Program-made: the position numbers and the translations under genes
Shown here: in pieces, positions 16,864 to 25,426 of the stretch
Layout: every line of letters begins with the position of its first letter
How positions within the stretch are numbered: the first letter of the stretch is position 1
Notes under the pieces: generated by a model
Told to the model about the DNA's origin: nothing
What the model saw: the letters and a program-made list of their open reading frames with translations, nothing else
Database searches by the model: none
Source: Promethearchaeati archaeon
GTDB taxonomy: Archaea; Asgardarchaeota; Heimdallarchaeia; Heimdallarchaeales; Heimdallarchaeaceae
Assembly (NCBI GenBank): GCA_013166775.1
Contig: JABLTJ010000038.1
Location: 1-27,993 of the forward strand
Length of the DNA: 27,993 nucleotides
Direction: 5' to 3'

Positions 16864-17412
16864 ATGAGAGCTTTATACTTAGGACGTTTTAATCCTCCTC
16901 ATAAAGGGCATATACATGCAATCGAATATATTTTAGATCAGCCTGATATAGATGAAATCATTATTTTGATAGGCAGTGGAGAAAAGGCTTATTCTCTAAA
17001 AAATCCATTTACTGGAGGAGAAAGGTTGGAAATGTTGACTACCATTGTGAGGAAAAATTTTAAGATTGTACAATTCTATATTTCAGCTATATCAGATATA
17101 AACAGAAACACCATATGGCCGGCGAATGTTGCAGACCTGGTTCCTTCGTTTGAGGTTGTTTTTACAAATAATCCTCTAGTTAAGCAGTTGTTTATTGATT
17201 TAGGAAATAAAGAAGTAAGAGAGATTCCACATGTTAATAGAAAGCAGTATAGTGGTAAAGAAATAAGAGAAAAGATGGTTAAAGGAAAAGACTGGGAATC
17301 TTCTATTCCTGAAGAAATTTTACTATTAATTAAGAAATACAAAGGACTTGAGAGAATTCAGGCAGTTAGTAAAACTGATGAAGTAGAGGAAATAGAACAC
17401 AATAAAATTTGA
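16864..17412 (+). CDS. nadM: Archaeal nicotinamide-nucleotide adenylyltransferase (NMNAT)
   Basis: GRFNPPHKGH (HxGH), IGS, NPFTGGERLEM, NNPLV, SGKEIR. Confidence 0.93.
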   Translation: MRALYLGRFNPPHKGHIHAIEYILDQPDIDEIIILIGSGEKAYSLKNPFTGGERLEMLTTIVRKNFKIVQFYISAISDINRNTIWPANVADLVPSFEVVFTNNPLVKQLFIDLGNKEVREIPHVNRKQYSGKEIREKMVKGKDWESSIPEEILLLIKKYKGLERIQAVSKTDEVEEIEHNKI

Positions 17413-17466
17413 ACAAAAAGAAGAAAAAAGAAAAAGAAACTAAGATTCTTCAAAATCATCTATTTT

Positions 17467-18171
17467 TTAAACTGCTTTGATTCTATTTATTCCTTGTTTT
17501 AACTCACCATTATTCAGAATTAAAACAACAGAAGCAATCAAATTGAACAAACCTGCGATACTTGTTAAGAATGCATATAATGGAGAAATCCAAACAAAAC
17601 CAAGTAAATTAAAGTACATTATACTCATTAAAATATTAGAAATTAGAACAAATATTCCAAGAAGTAAGAAACTCAGATTAAATTTCTTAATGTAAACATG
17701 GTTTACTATTTTTCTGAATAGTCTCCAAGAGAGATAATAGAGAGAAAATGATGTTAATCCATGCAGAATTGACAAAACACCCATCGCTATAGCTATCCAC
17801 TCTAATCCAATAAAACGAAGTACTAAGATAGTTGCTATAGTTATCAATAGAATGAAAAATATCAATAAACCAGCAATTATAGATATAATGGAGATTGCTG
17901 AAGTATTATTGAGATCGCTTCGAGATTTCAGATTCTGCATTCCAAGTATATAGAAAACTAAGAATGTAATATTCAATACAGCACTAATTACTGAGAGTGC
18001 AAGTACTTCTTTTAAAGCAGAATCAAATCCTAATCCTCCGTAGATTAGTAAATAGAAGAAAATCATACTAATCAAGGCAGTTATAACTACAATTCCTAGA
18101 TTTATGAAACCAGAAATAAAAAATGAATTTTCTTGAATTTTACCTTTCGTGTACATACGGGTAAAATACAA
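17467..18171 (-). CDS. Hypothetical multi-pass membrane protein (about six TM)
   Basis: Long hydrophobic ORF with no recognisable motif. Start TTG 18171 or ATG 18156, just downstream of the pepA remnant's stop. Confidence 0.75.
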   Translation of the reverse strand: MYFTRMYTKGKIQENSFFISGFINLGIVVITALISMIFFYLLIYGGLGFDSALKEVLALSVISAVLNITFLVFYILGMQNLKSRSDLNNTSAISIISIIAGLLIFFILLITIATILVLRFIGLEWIAIAMGVLSILHGLTSFSLYYLSWRLFRKIVNHVYIKKFNLSFLLLGIFVLISNILMSIMYFNLLGFVWISPLYAFLTSIAGLFNLIASVVLILNNGELKQGINRIKAV

Positions 18172-18196
18172 GATGAATTAATAAATTCTTTGCATG

Positions 18197-18384
18197 CTAC
18201 TTATTTCTAAGTACATCTATAATTAGCCTAACACCTGGTCTTCCACCTGTATGTTTTACATCAGCAACATCACTTTTTAGTTGCTCATCATAAACTTCCC
18301 AGAGAGGCATTCACCAAATTTTTTCACCTCTGGAATTAGATGCTGCTTCTAATTTTTCCACAACAAAATCATAGTTAGAGAAAT
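18197..18384 (-). pseudogene. pepA: Diverged 3' remnant of a leucyl aminopeptidase (pepA) gene with an internal stop and a 44-codon in-frame deletion
   Basis: Translates as FSNYDFVVEKLEAASNSRGEKIW*MPLWEVYDEQLKSDVADVKHTGGRPG/VRLIIDVLRNK*. Intact copy: FSNHDFVVKKLEEASESCGERIWRMPLWKEYDEQIKSDIADVKHSGGRLG[44 aa]VRLIIEVLRNWSS*. TGA at 18311-18313, TAG at 18197-18199. Confidence 0.93.
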
Positions 18385-18559
18385 TCCACTAGTTAAAAGA
18401 GAACAATACAGTGGTAAAGAAATCCGAGAGAGAATGATTAAGGGGGAGGAATGGGAATCCTATATCCCAGAAGAGAGTATACCCTTAATTAAGAAATATA
18501 AAGGGATTGAAAGAATTCAAGCACTCGCAAGAACAGATGATAAGCAAGAAGGAGAATAA
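18374..18559 (+). pseudogene. nadM: Diverged 3' remnant of nadM (last ~61 codons, no 5' part)
   Basis: Translates as VREIPLVKREQYSGKEIRERMIKGEEWESYIPEESIPLIKKYKGIERIQALARTDDKQEGE*. Intact copy (17215-17412): VREIPHVNRKQYSGKEIREKMVKGKDWESSIPEEILLLIKKYKGLERIQAVSKTD...; 40 of the first 55 aa identical by my count. Confidence 0.93.
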
Positions 18560-18593
18560 TTTTTTATAAAAGAGAATTTATGTATTTCTTAAC

Positions 18594-19211
18594 ATGGATT
18601 TAGATGATGCGATTAGAAATAGAAGATCTATAAGGAAATTTAAGGATAAACAAGTAACAAAAGCTCAAATTTTGGAAATTTTGGATTCAGGGAATAGAGC
18701 ACCTTCAGCAAAAAACAGAGTTCAATGGAGGTTCCACATTTTTCAAGGAGAAGCAAAAAAAAGATTAGTGAAGGTTTGTAGAGAAGCAATTGATAAAATG
18801 CCAAAGATTCCTTTGATGGCTTCTACTCACAACTCTTATAATATCATGGAGCAAGCACCTGTAGTTATTTTAGTTCTACAAACTTGTGAGTGGGGAGGAA
18901 TTAGTCCTGAGATTCAATCAGTATCTGCTGCTATTCAAAACATGCTCCTTAAAGCATATAGTTTGGGGTTGGGAACAGTGTGGATAAACGATGTTTTGTT
19001 TGTGGAACCAGCAATCATGGAAATTCTCAATTCTGAAAAACTTGAATCCGAAACTCAAACAATTCTGCTTGAGTCTAGCAAACAATTAGGTATTGAGATT
19101 GGTTTTTCTGGACCATTAATAGCTGCAATTGCTTTAGGTTATCCTGATGAGGATCCTAAAAGAGAACCAAGATTCAAAATAGATGAATTAATAACTTGGT
19201 ATAATAAATAG
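18594..19211 (+). CDS. Nitroreductase family protein
   Basis: RRSIRKF, RAPSAKNRVQWRF, APV, AAIQNMLLKAYSLGLGTVW, ALGYP. Confidence 0.93.
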   Translation: MDLDDAIRNRRSIRKFKDKQVTKAQILEILDSGNRAPSAKNRVQWRFHIFQGEAKKRLVKVCREAIDKMPKIPLMASTHNSYNIMEQAPVVILVLQTCEWGGISPEIQSVSAAIQNMLLKAYSLGLGTVWINDVLFVEPAIMEILNSEKLESETQTILLESSKQLGIEIGFSGPLIAAIALGYPDEDPKREPRFKIDELITWYNK

Positions 19212-19221
19212 AAAGGGGAAG

Positions 19222-20709
19222 TTAACTAGACCAATTTCGTAATACCTCAATAATTAGTCTAACTGCAGGACCTTTGCTACCTTTAGGATTATAATTCTTG
19301 TCCACTTTTTGGTCCATAGCACCTGCAATATCTAGATGAGCCCAAGGAACATCAAGTGTAAATTTGCTTAGGAAACGAGCTGCTGTAATTGCTCCACCTA
19401 GTCTTCCACCTGAATGTTTTACATCAGCGATATCACTTTTTATTTGTTCATCGTACTCTTTCCATAGTGGCATTCTCCAGATTCTTTCACCACAGGATTC
19501 AGATGCTTCTTCTAATTTTTTAACAACAAAATCATGGTTAGAAAAATAACCTATAGCATGTTCTCCCAAAGCGATCATCATTGCACCAGTTAATGTAGCA
19601 AAGTCAAACATAGCTTTTGGTTCGTAATGTTTTGCTGCATAAGTTAATGCATCATTCAGAATCATTCGGCCTTCAGCATCAGTACTAATAACTTCAATAG
19701 TCAAACCGCTATAGCTAGTGATGACATCACCAGGGTGGTAAGCAGTACCTGAAGGCATATTGTCTGTTGCAGGTACAATTCCAACTACATGAAGATTCAA
19801 ATCTAGTTTGGCAATAGCTTCCATTGCAGCAATAACAACCGCACCTCCTGTCATATCTGCTTTCATTAGTTCCATGCCTTGACCTGGTTTAAGAGAAATT
19901 CCACCAGAATCGAATGTTATTGCTTTACCAATTAGTGCAACTGTATCAACATTTTCTTTTTCTGCACCGTGCTCCATTATTATGAATTTAGGAGGTTCTT
20001 TGGTTCCCTGAGCAACAGCTAGAAAGCTTGTCAAGCCTATCTCTTTAGCTTTTTCACGATCAAATATTGTTGTCTTGATTTTGTGTTCTTTCTCTAATCG
20101 TTTAGCTTCTTCAGCTAATTTAGTTGGTGTAATATAATTTGCAGGCCCCCAAGCTAGTTTTCTACAGAAGTTGACAGAATCTGCGATAATCTTGCCACTT
20201 TCAACTCCCTTTTGCATTTCTTCTTTGTTAGCTTTTTGACTAAAGATAATAGTTTCTTCAATGAATTTATACTTCTCTAAATCTTTTGTCCTATAATCTA
20301 CGTTCTGAAAACTTCCTAGTATTATTCCTTGTATGATTGCTTCAACAGTTTCAGCTACATCGAGTTTTTCCCTAGAGAAGTGATCAAGACTTATGCCAAC
20401 AGCTTTCACACCTAGATCTCTTATCTTTCGAGAAGTATTCCCAAGTATCTTTCTGACAGCTTCAACTGTCAGTTTCTCTTCTTTACCTAAACCTACTAGC
20501 ATTATTCTTTTTGGAGAAATTGATCCCTTAGTATATGTAACCGAGATATCATTCTTTTTTCCTTTAAAATCCCCAAGTTCTAATTGCTCATTTACATATT
20601 CTTTAATTTCTTGGATGTAAGAATCTTCTTTTGCATCCTCAAACAATCCTATAACCACAAGAGGAACATCAAATTGCTGAAGAGATGTTACTTTTACGTC
20701 AATCTTCAT
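19222..20709 (-). CDS. pepA: Leucyl aminopeptidase (M17)
   Basis: GKAITFDSGGISLK, MKADMTG, TDAEGRM.L.DAL, ATLTGA, WAHLDIAG. Start ATG 20709 or GTG 20718. Confidence 0.96.
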   Translation of the reverse strand: MKIDVKVTSLQQFDVPLVVIGLFEDAKEDSYIQEIKEYVNEQLELGDFKGKKNDISVTYTKGSISPKRIMLVGLGKEEKLTVEAVRKILGNTSRKIRDLGVKAVGISLDHFSREKLDVAETVEAIIQGIILGSFQNVDYRTKDLEKYKFIEETIIFSQKANKEEMQKGVESGKIIADSVNFCRKLAWGPANYITPTKLAEEAKRLEKEHKIKTTIFDREKAKEIGLTSFLAVAQGTKEPPKFIIMEHGAEKENVDTVALIGKAITFDSGGISLKPGQGMELMKADMTGGAVVIAAMEAIAKLDLNLHVVGIVPATDNMPSGTAYHPGDVITSYSGLTIEVISTDAEGRMILNDALTYAAKHYEPKAMFDFATLTGAMMIALGEHAIGYFSNHDFVVKKLEEASESCGERIWRMPLWKEYDEQIKSDIADVKHSGGRLGGAITAARFLSKFTLDVPWAHLDIAGAMDQKVDKNYNPKGSKGPAVRLIIEVLRNWSS

Positions 20710-20764
20710 TTCAATCACTAAATTCAGGTAAAAAGAGGATTAAATATACTTTTGTATCTGAAGA

Positions 20765-20864
20765 TTGTACAAAACCTTGTACATTCCTAAGTCAGTAATG
20801 TACAAAGCCTTTTATTATAAGAGTTCATTATCTTAAATTGACTGAAGTGATATAACACTTCGGT
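20765..20864. promoter_or_regulatory. Operator-like palindromes in the divergent pepA / 20872 promoter region
   Basis: TGTACA at 20766, 20778 and 20799. Perfect inverted repeat TTGTACATT (20777-20785) N11 AATGTACAA (20797-20805). Second inverted repeat ACTGAAGTG-ATATAA-CACTTCGGT (20841-20864) overlaps the GGTGA ribosome-binding site. Confidence 0.6.
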
Positions 20865-20871
20865 GAAAAAA

Positions 20872-21576
20872 ATGAGTAAAGAGAATATATTTAGTAAAAC
20901 AATAGCACGATATATGAGAAACAATTTTGTGAAAGGTTTAGCTATTGGTATCAGTAGTGCTATTGTCATTGGTACAGTTGTAGGAGTTAGTATCTACTTC
21001 GGTACACTCCAAGTTTCTGAACCCAATGGAAATGGATCTGAAATTCCTTTTTCAACGAACTTAGCTCAAGAAATCCAAAGCGTCATTCCTGACGTAGTTC
21101 ATGTAGAAATTTTAGGTAATGGTACAGCTTCCATCCATCCTAATCTTATTTCAGCTGAAATAAATAGATTGGGAGATAATATAACATATTCTTGGAGTGT
21201 TAGCGCATTCTCAATTGCTTTACTAGATTTTGTCAGTTTCGAATTCTCGCAAAGTGAAGTAAATCAGATTGCACAAGGATTATTTGATTCGATAAATAAT
21301 ACTGAAAGAGTGGGGACATATGGTGAAGATCCTTATCCAGGCACAGGAGACCTTGCAAGCATTAAATGGGTCACCGAAATCTACCTAGCAAATCATACTG
21401 CAATCTTTCTTTATATCAACCAAGATAGTTTGATATTATATAAATCAACAGAGTGGACTGGAGATTTCGATGCAATGCAAAATCTAATTGGAGCTGATGT
21501 GCTTCTTCCTGAAAGTGCTTTTGATGACTATGTGCAGGTTCTTCAGGATTTATTCACACCCTATATGGAAACTTAG
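20872..21576 (+). CDS. Hypothetical membrane-anchored extracellular protein
   Basis: GGTGA element upstream of ATG 20872; basic N-terminus, TM GLAIGISSAIVIGTVVGVSIYFG, acidic ectodomain with several NxS/T sequons. Confidence 0.8.
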   Translation: MSKENIFSKTIARYMRNNFVKGLAIGISSAIVIGTVVGVSIYFGTLQVSEPNGNGSEIPFSTNLAQEIQSVIPDVVHVEILGNGTASIHPNLISAEINRLGDNITYSWSVSAFSIALLDFVSFEFSQSEVNQIAQGLFDSINNTERVGTYGEDPYPGTGDLASIKWVTEIYLANHTAIFLYINQDSLILYKSTEWTGDFDAMQNLIGADVLLPESAFDDYVQVLQDLFTPYMET

Positions 21577-21588
21577 GAGAAATAAAGA

Positions 21589-22062
21589 ATGACTGAACAA
21601 CCAAACGAAGACATTATTTCTTCCCTATCAGGAACAGCTTTGCGAGTCTTTGTTTATACTGTTAAGAAAGGTAAAAACATAGGTATTAGGGAAACGCAAA
21701 GAGATTTGGGATTAAAGACAGCTAGTCATTCACAATACCACCTTCAGCGCCTTGAACAACTCAAATTAATTGGAAGAACAAAGAACAACAAATACTTCTT
21801 AGAAGAAAAATATGAGAATCTTCGAAGTTTGAAAGTAGGTATTTTGACAGAAATTTATGTCTTTAGAGGATGGTTGATTCCTTCTCTAGGAATCTTTGCA
21901 GGATTTCTAGGAATGAGTACAGTCATATTAGCGGTTTTTTATACTCTTATTAATCCTTTAGCAGCTTTAGTATTTGGAGTTATTGTCTTCAGTCTAGCAG
22001 CGCTTTATTCAGGATGGAGAGCATATCAAATAGTACAATCATTTAAACAAGAAGAGGAATAA
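21589..22062 (+). CDS. Winged helix-turn-helix protein with two C-terminal TM helices
   Basis: GTALRVFVY...IGIRETQRDLGLKTASHSQYHLQRLEQLKLI.R...KY is a wHTH pattern, followed by two hydrophobic helices. AGGAG upstream; 12 nt after the previous gene. Confidence 0.85.
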   Translation: MTEQPNEDIISSLSGTALRVFVYTVKKGKNIGIRETQRDLGLKTASHSQYHLQRLEQLKLIGRTKNNKYFLEEKYENLRSLKVGILTEIYVFRGWLIPSLGIFAGFLGMSTVILAVFYTLINPLAALVFGVIVFSLAALYSGWRAYQIVQSFKQEEE

Positions 22063-22126
22063 TTTCCTCAATATTTTTTTTTGCATAGCTCACAATCTTT
22101 TTTAAATGAAGTTTGAAGTGCAAACC

Positions 22127-23779
22127 ATGAACTGGAAAAAAACTCTCCCGATTGTCATAGCTATTTTGATAACATTAAGCCAAGTAGGCTTTCAAGCAAA
22201 CCTAAAAAATACCCATGCTTGGGGAATGCTCACTCATCAATTTCTTGTAGAATCAGCTGATGATTTAGTTGCTAGTGAATGGTTGGAAGTTTTTGATTAT
22301 TATTTACCTGAACTTCTTGCAGGAAGCACTTACCCAGATCAAGTTTTGCAAGATTGGGAGAATCATCTTTATTATCCAGTAGGAGGAGAGCATAACGCAC
22401 CATGGAAGATTAATGACACCATCAATGATATCAGAGTCTTAGCAGCAGATGAGGATTGGGGAACTGTTTTCTTCTACTTAGGGATTCTCGCACATTATAC
22501 ATCAGATATAAACATCCCAGTTCATACATATGACTATTGGGCAGGTCATCCAGCATATGAACATGATATTAATAATCATCTGAATGATTTTGTTATCTCA
22601 CCAGAAAATTACAGTACTATAGTAGATCCAGTTCAATTCATAATTGATTGTGCAATCTATGCTTATGGATACTATTGGGATGTCTATAATGCTTATCCAA
22701 CTGGTGATGAATATGACGTTGTTATCACAAATTCAACCGTAAGGGCATTAACTGAAGATCAATTAGGCAGAGCAATAGGAGCAACTAATTCTGTTTGGGA
22801 ATTCACACTAGAAGGTATCACTCCACCCGAAATACAAATTCTAGAAGATGTAGCCAAAGTACTTGTCGATCGTTATCACAATAATGATTATGTAAGAGAA
22901 GGTACAATATCAGGCTTTGTTAGTGCTTTGGATAGAGATGTTTTGGAAGTTAACTACAATGATGCTGAAATTACAGCTTTGTCTCTACTTGGAGTGGATT
23001 TACTAGTTATTACTCAACCTATGGAGGGCACAAATCTAACACTTGAAGAAGTAAATGCAGTAAATAACTGGTTTCAAGCAGGGGGGAAGATTATGTTGAC
23101 TGGGAAAACAGATTTCTATGATACATCTTATTATGCTATTGAAGAAATCTTAGAGGGATTAGGAACCAAAATCAGAATAAACGATGATAGTGTTTATACT
23201 AATCAAAATGATCCAGAATATTACCAGGATTGGTATTGTAACACAGATGAGTATGGAACAGATACAGTAGCAACAGAAATTACAGAGATACTCACGAGAA
23301 AGATTCAATTTTACTCCCCATGTTCTCTTTATAGTACAACAAGTTCTGCAGATGTTCATTGGTTATTGTATGGAGAAGAAATGTTCTATCAAGCTGATAG
23401 AAATCCACCAGCACCTGTAGTAATTCATGATGACTCGAACAACAATCAAGGGGGAACTTCTATTCCCTTAGTTGGAATTGAAACTACAAGTACCTCAGCT
23501 ATAGCAGTTTTTGCTGCAACAATTTGGTCAGATTACGATTTTGCCTTAAGTAATAGAGATAATACCTATTTCACTTGGAACGTAATAGAATATTTGCTAG
23601 ATATAGATTTGGAAGCTAATGATGATTACACTCCTGCAACCCCTACAACGCCTACTACTCCAACAACTCCAAACGATACTGAAACAACATCTTTTCCAGT
23701 AATAAGCTTGATAATGATTCTTTCAGGACTGATTGTAGTAAGAGCAATAAAACGAATCAAAGCAAGTAAATCAGAATAA
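22127..23779 (+). CDS. Cell-surface Zn-dependent phospholipase C / S1-P1 nuclease family protein with a second alpha/beta (DUF4350/GIFT-like) domain, PT linker and TM anchor
   Basis: Signal peptide cleaving to give N-terminal W (A|WGMLTH), GSTYPD, HYTSD...PVH and HPAYE Zn-ligand pattern. Second domain: VLVDRYHNN...VDLLVITQP...EEV.AV..WF..GGKIML.G. Start ATG 22127 or 22106. Confidence 0.82.
   Translation: MNWKKTLPIVIAILITLSQVGFQANLKNTHAWGMLTHQFLVESADDLVASEWLEVFDYYLPELLAGSTYPDQVLQDWENHLYYPVGGEHNAPWKINDTINDIRVLAADEDWGTVFFYLGILAHYTSDINIPVHTYDYWAGHPAYEHDINNHLNDFVISPENYSTIVDPVQFIIDCAIYAYGYYWDVYNAYPTGDEYDVVITNSTVRALTEDQLGRAIGATNSVWEFTLEGITPPEIQILEDVAKVLVDRYHNNDYVREGTISGFVSALDRDVLEVNYNDAEITALSLLGVDLLVITQPMEGTNLTLEEVNAVNNWFQAGGKIMLTGKTDFYDTSYYAIEEILEGLGTKIRINDDSVYTNQNDPEYYQDWYCNTDEYGTDTVATEITEILTRKIQFYSPCSLYSTTSSADVHWLLYGEEMFYQADRNPPAPVVIHDDSNNNQGGTSIPLVGIETTSTSAIAVFAATIWSDYDFALSNRDNTYFTWNVIEYLLDIDLEANDDYTPATPTTPTTPTTPNDTETTSFPVISLIMILSGLIVVRAIKRIKASKSE
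23630..23671 (+). repeat. Thr/Pro linker repeat TPATPTTPTTPTTP (coding)
   Basis: Synonymously varied 9-bp units just before the membrane anchor. Confidence 0.85.
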
Positions 23780-23793
23780 GACTAAGGATTATT

Positions 23794-24240
23794 TCATTCT
23801 TCAATCAGAAACTCATATACCTTTTTCAATGCATCTTTGTTATTTGGCCAATGAAGTAATTCATAAGCTTCTTCAAAGCTGCACCATTTCCAAGCTACAT
23901 GTTCATCTAATCTAATTGTTGGGTCTTCTTGTTGCTCAATACGAGCTATGAAAAGAAATTCAGTCCATTCTGTTGTACCTTCAGGAAATAGATGCAAACT
24001 TTTTTCCTTAATAGGTAGTTTATAAGAATCTTCCATCTGAAAGATAAACTGAGGAATATAGCTAGTTTCTTCTAGGAGTTCTCGTTTAGCGCAATTGATT
24101 AGTGGCTCTCCCTCATCTACATTTCCTGTTACTCCTTGCCAAAACCCTCCAGTTTCTTCAGTTCGTTTTAAAAGTAGAAACTCCCAATCATTTTCAACTT
24201 GACGAACAGGATATACTAGTGCGATATGTGGAATTCTCAT
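23794..24240 (-). CDS. NUDIX hydrolase (NudB/dihydroneopterin triphosphate pyrophosphatase-like)
   Basis: FLLLKR, GFWQGVTGNVDEGE...CAKRELLEET Nudix box, EH.AWKW. Confidence 0.92.
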   Translation of the reverse strand: MRIPHIALVYPVRQVENDWEFLLLKRTEETGGFWQGVTGNVDEGEPLINCAKRELLEETSYIPQFIFQMEDSYKLPIKEKSLHLFPEGTTEWTEFLFIARIEQQEDPTIRLDEHVAWKWCSFEEAYELLHWPNNKDALKKVYEFLIEE

Positions 24241-24337
24241 TAATGCAGTGAGAGAAGTATGTGTTAAAATAACTTTCTTTGTAAGTTAGGTTACTTCATG
24301 GAAGATTCAGATATTTTTTGAGTTCAGCCAGAGTGTT

Positions 24338-25204
24338 TTATTTTTTTTCTTCTTTCCTCTTCTCTATATAACGATACACCGAACCCCACATGAAATTATC
24401 TTCTCGCTCTTTCACTTCGAAATTATTTGTATGCATCCATTTTGTAAGTGATATTTTGGTTTGTTCATCATATTTATCATCAATCTCTCCATCATAGAAT
24501 CCATCGAGTTTTAGAACTTCTTTGATTGTTTTCATTACATCTTTTTCGAGCTTAACCTTATCATCTGGATCATCTCTATTAAGCAAAGAAAGGTCATAGA
24601 GCTCAAACACTCTTCTGAGTTCTTTTATTGGATATTCATGCTCATCTACTCTAACATCAACGTACCTATCAGTTCCCCCATCATACGCACCGTGTTCTTT
24701 TACTATTAAGATTGCAGAAGATTGTTTTCCTCTACTGTCTCCACCAGCAGCTTGACCTTCTTCTAAAGCAACTAGAAGTTTATCTACTAAATCTCCCTTT
24801 GCTTCTCTAAAACCTTGAGACATGGCAAAAACTGTATCTTCAGAAACAAGAATGTTCCCTTGACAACTATAGTATTCTCCTATAACGTGTCCTGCCCATT
24901 CGAAGCATTTCTTTCCAGTGAAAGATGCAACGTTTCCATAAGAATCAACTATACCTACTTGTCTATGTTCTCGCTTAGCATCATGTTTGGTTAATAATGA
25001 AATAGTTTCTTCAGCCGTTAGTCCTTGTTCAAGAAGAGCTAGTCCAGTTGGACCATAAGTTGTGTTACACCAAGCTTGTGTTGCGATTGCTCCAACATTT
25101 GCTTTTGCAAATGGAACTATACTTCCAACTGCAATGAATTTTGATTGTACTGCTACTCCCCACTCTTTGTTTTTTGGATCATAAGCTACGATTGAAAATG
25201 TCAT
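24338..25204 (-). CDS. DUF1028 (Ntn-hydrolase-like) protein with C-terminal putative peptidoglycan-binding-like domain
   Basis: MTFSIVA start (ATG 25204), GVAVQSKF.AVG, GAIATQA, RQVGIVD, QGNIL, AGGDSRGKQSSA, DVRVD; C-term L...GFY.G...W...NFE. Confidence 0.92.
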   Translation of the reverse strand: MTFSIVAYDPKNKEWGVAVQSKFIAVGSIVPFAKANVGAIATQAWCNTTYGPTGLALLEQGLTAEETISLLTKHDAKREHRQVGIVDSYGNVASFTGKKCFEWAGHVIGEYYSCQGNILVSEDTVFAMSQGFREAKGDLVDKLLVALEEGQAAGGDSRGKQSSAILIVKEHGAYDGGTDRYVDVRVDEHEYPIKELRRVFELYDLSLLNRDDPDDKVKLEKDVMKTIKEVLKLDGFYDGEIDDKYDEQTKISLTKWMHTNNFEVKEREDNFMWGSVYRYIEKRKEEKK

Positions 25205-25426
25205 GCTTATCAATGTAAAATTCCAATCATCAATAATAAGTTTTATCGCAAGTTATATTTCAAGATGAGAAAATTTTACGGGAATAATACGCAAGTAATT
25301 CGCATTTTGTCGGAAGAATTCTTTATTTTAAGGCGTTCTTACAGCTTAAGAACTAGAATTATAAAAAAATGACTAGTTATCTAGAGGTTTTTATCTTAAT
25401 CTAGATTGAGTAACCAATACGAATTA

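Noticed and set aside
18197-18310. 37-aa mini-protein from ATG 18310 (MPLWEVY...LRNK)
   Set aside because: It is just the piece of the pepA remnant after the nonsense codon, with no evidence of independent function.
18311-18313. In-frame TGA in the pepA-like fragment as selenocysteine or recoding
   Set aside because: It aligns to Arg, not Cys; the fragment lacks the 5' ~390 codons and has a large deletion; TGA is a normal stop elsewhere (for example 5648, 17412).
17413-19221. Mobile element or genomic island with att sites
   Set aside because: No integrase, transposase, terminal inverted repeats or exact target-site duplication; the duplicated parts are diverged gene ends.
24338-24560. Peptidoglycan-binding-like domain as evidence of a bacterial host or antibacterial role
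   Set aside because: This tail is the usual companion of DUF1028 in both bacteria and archaea, so it is uninformative.
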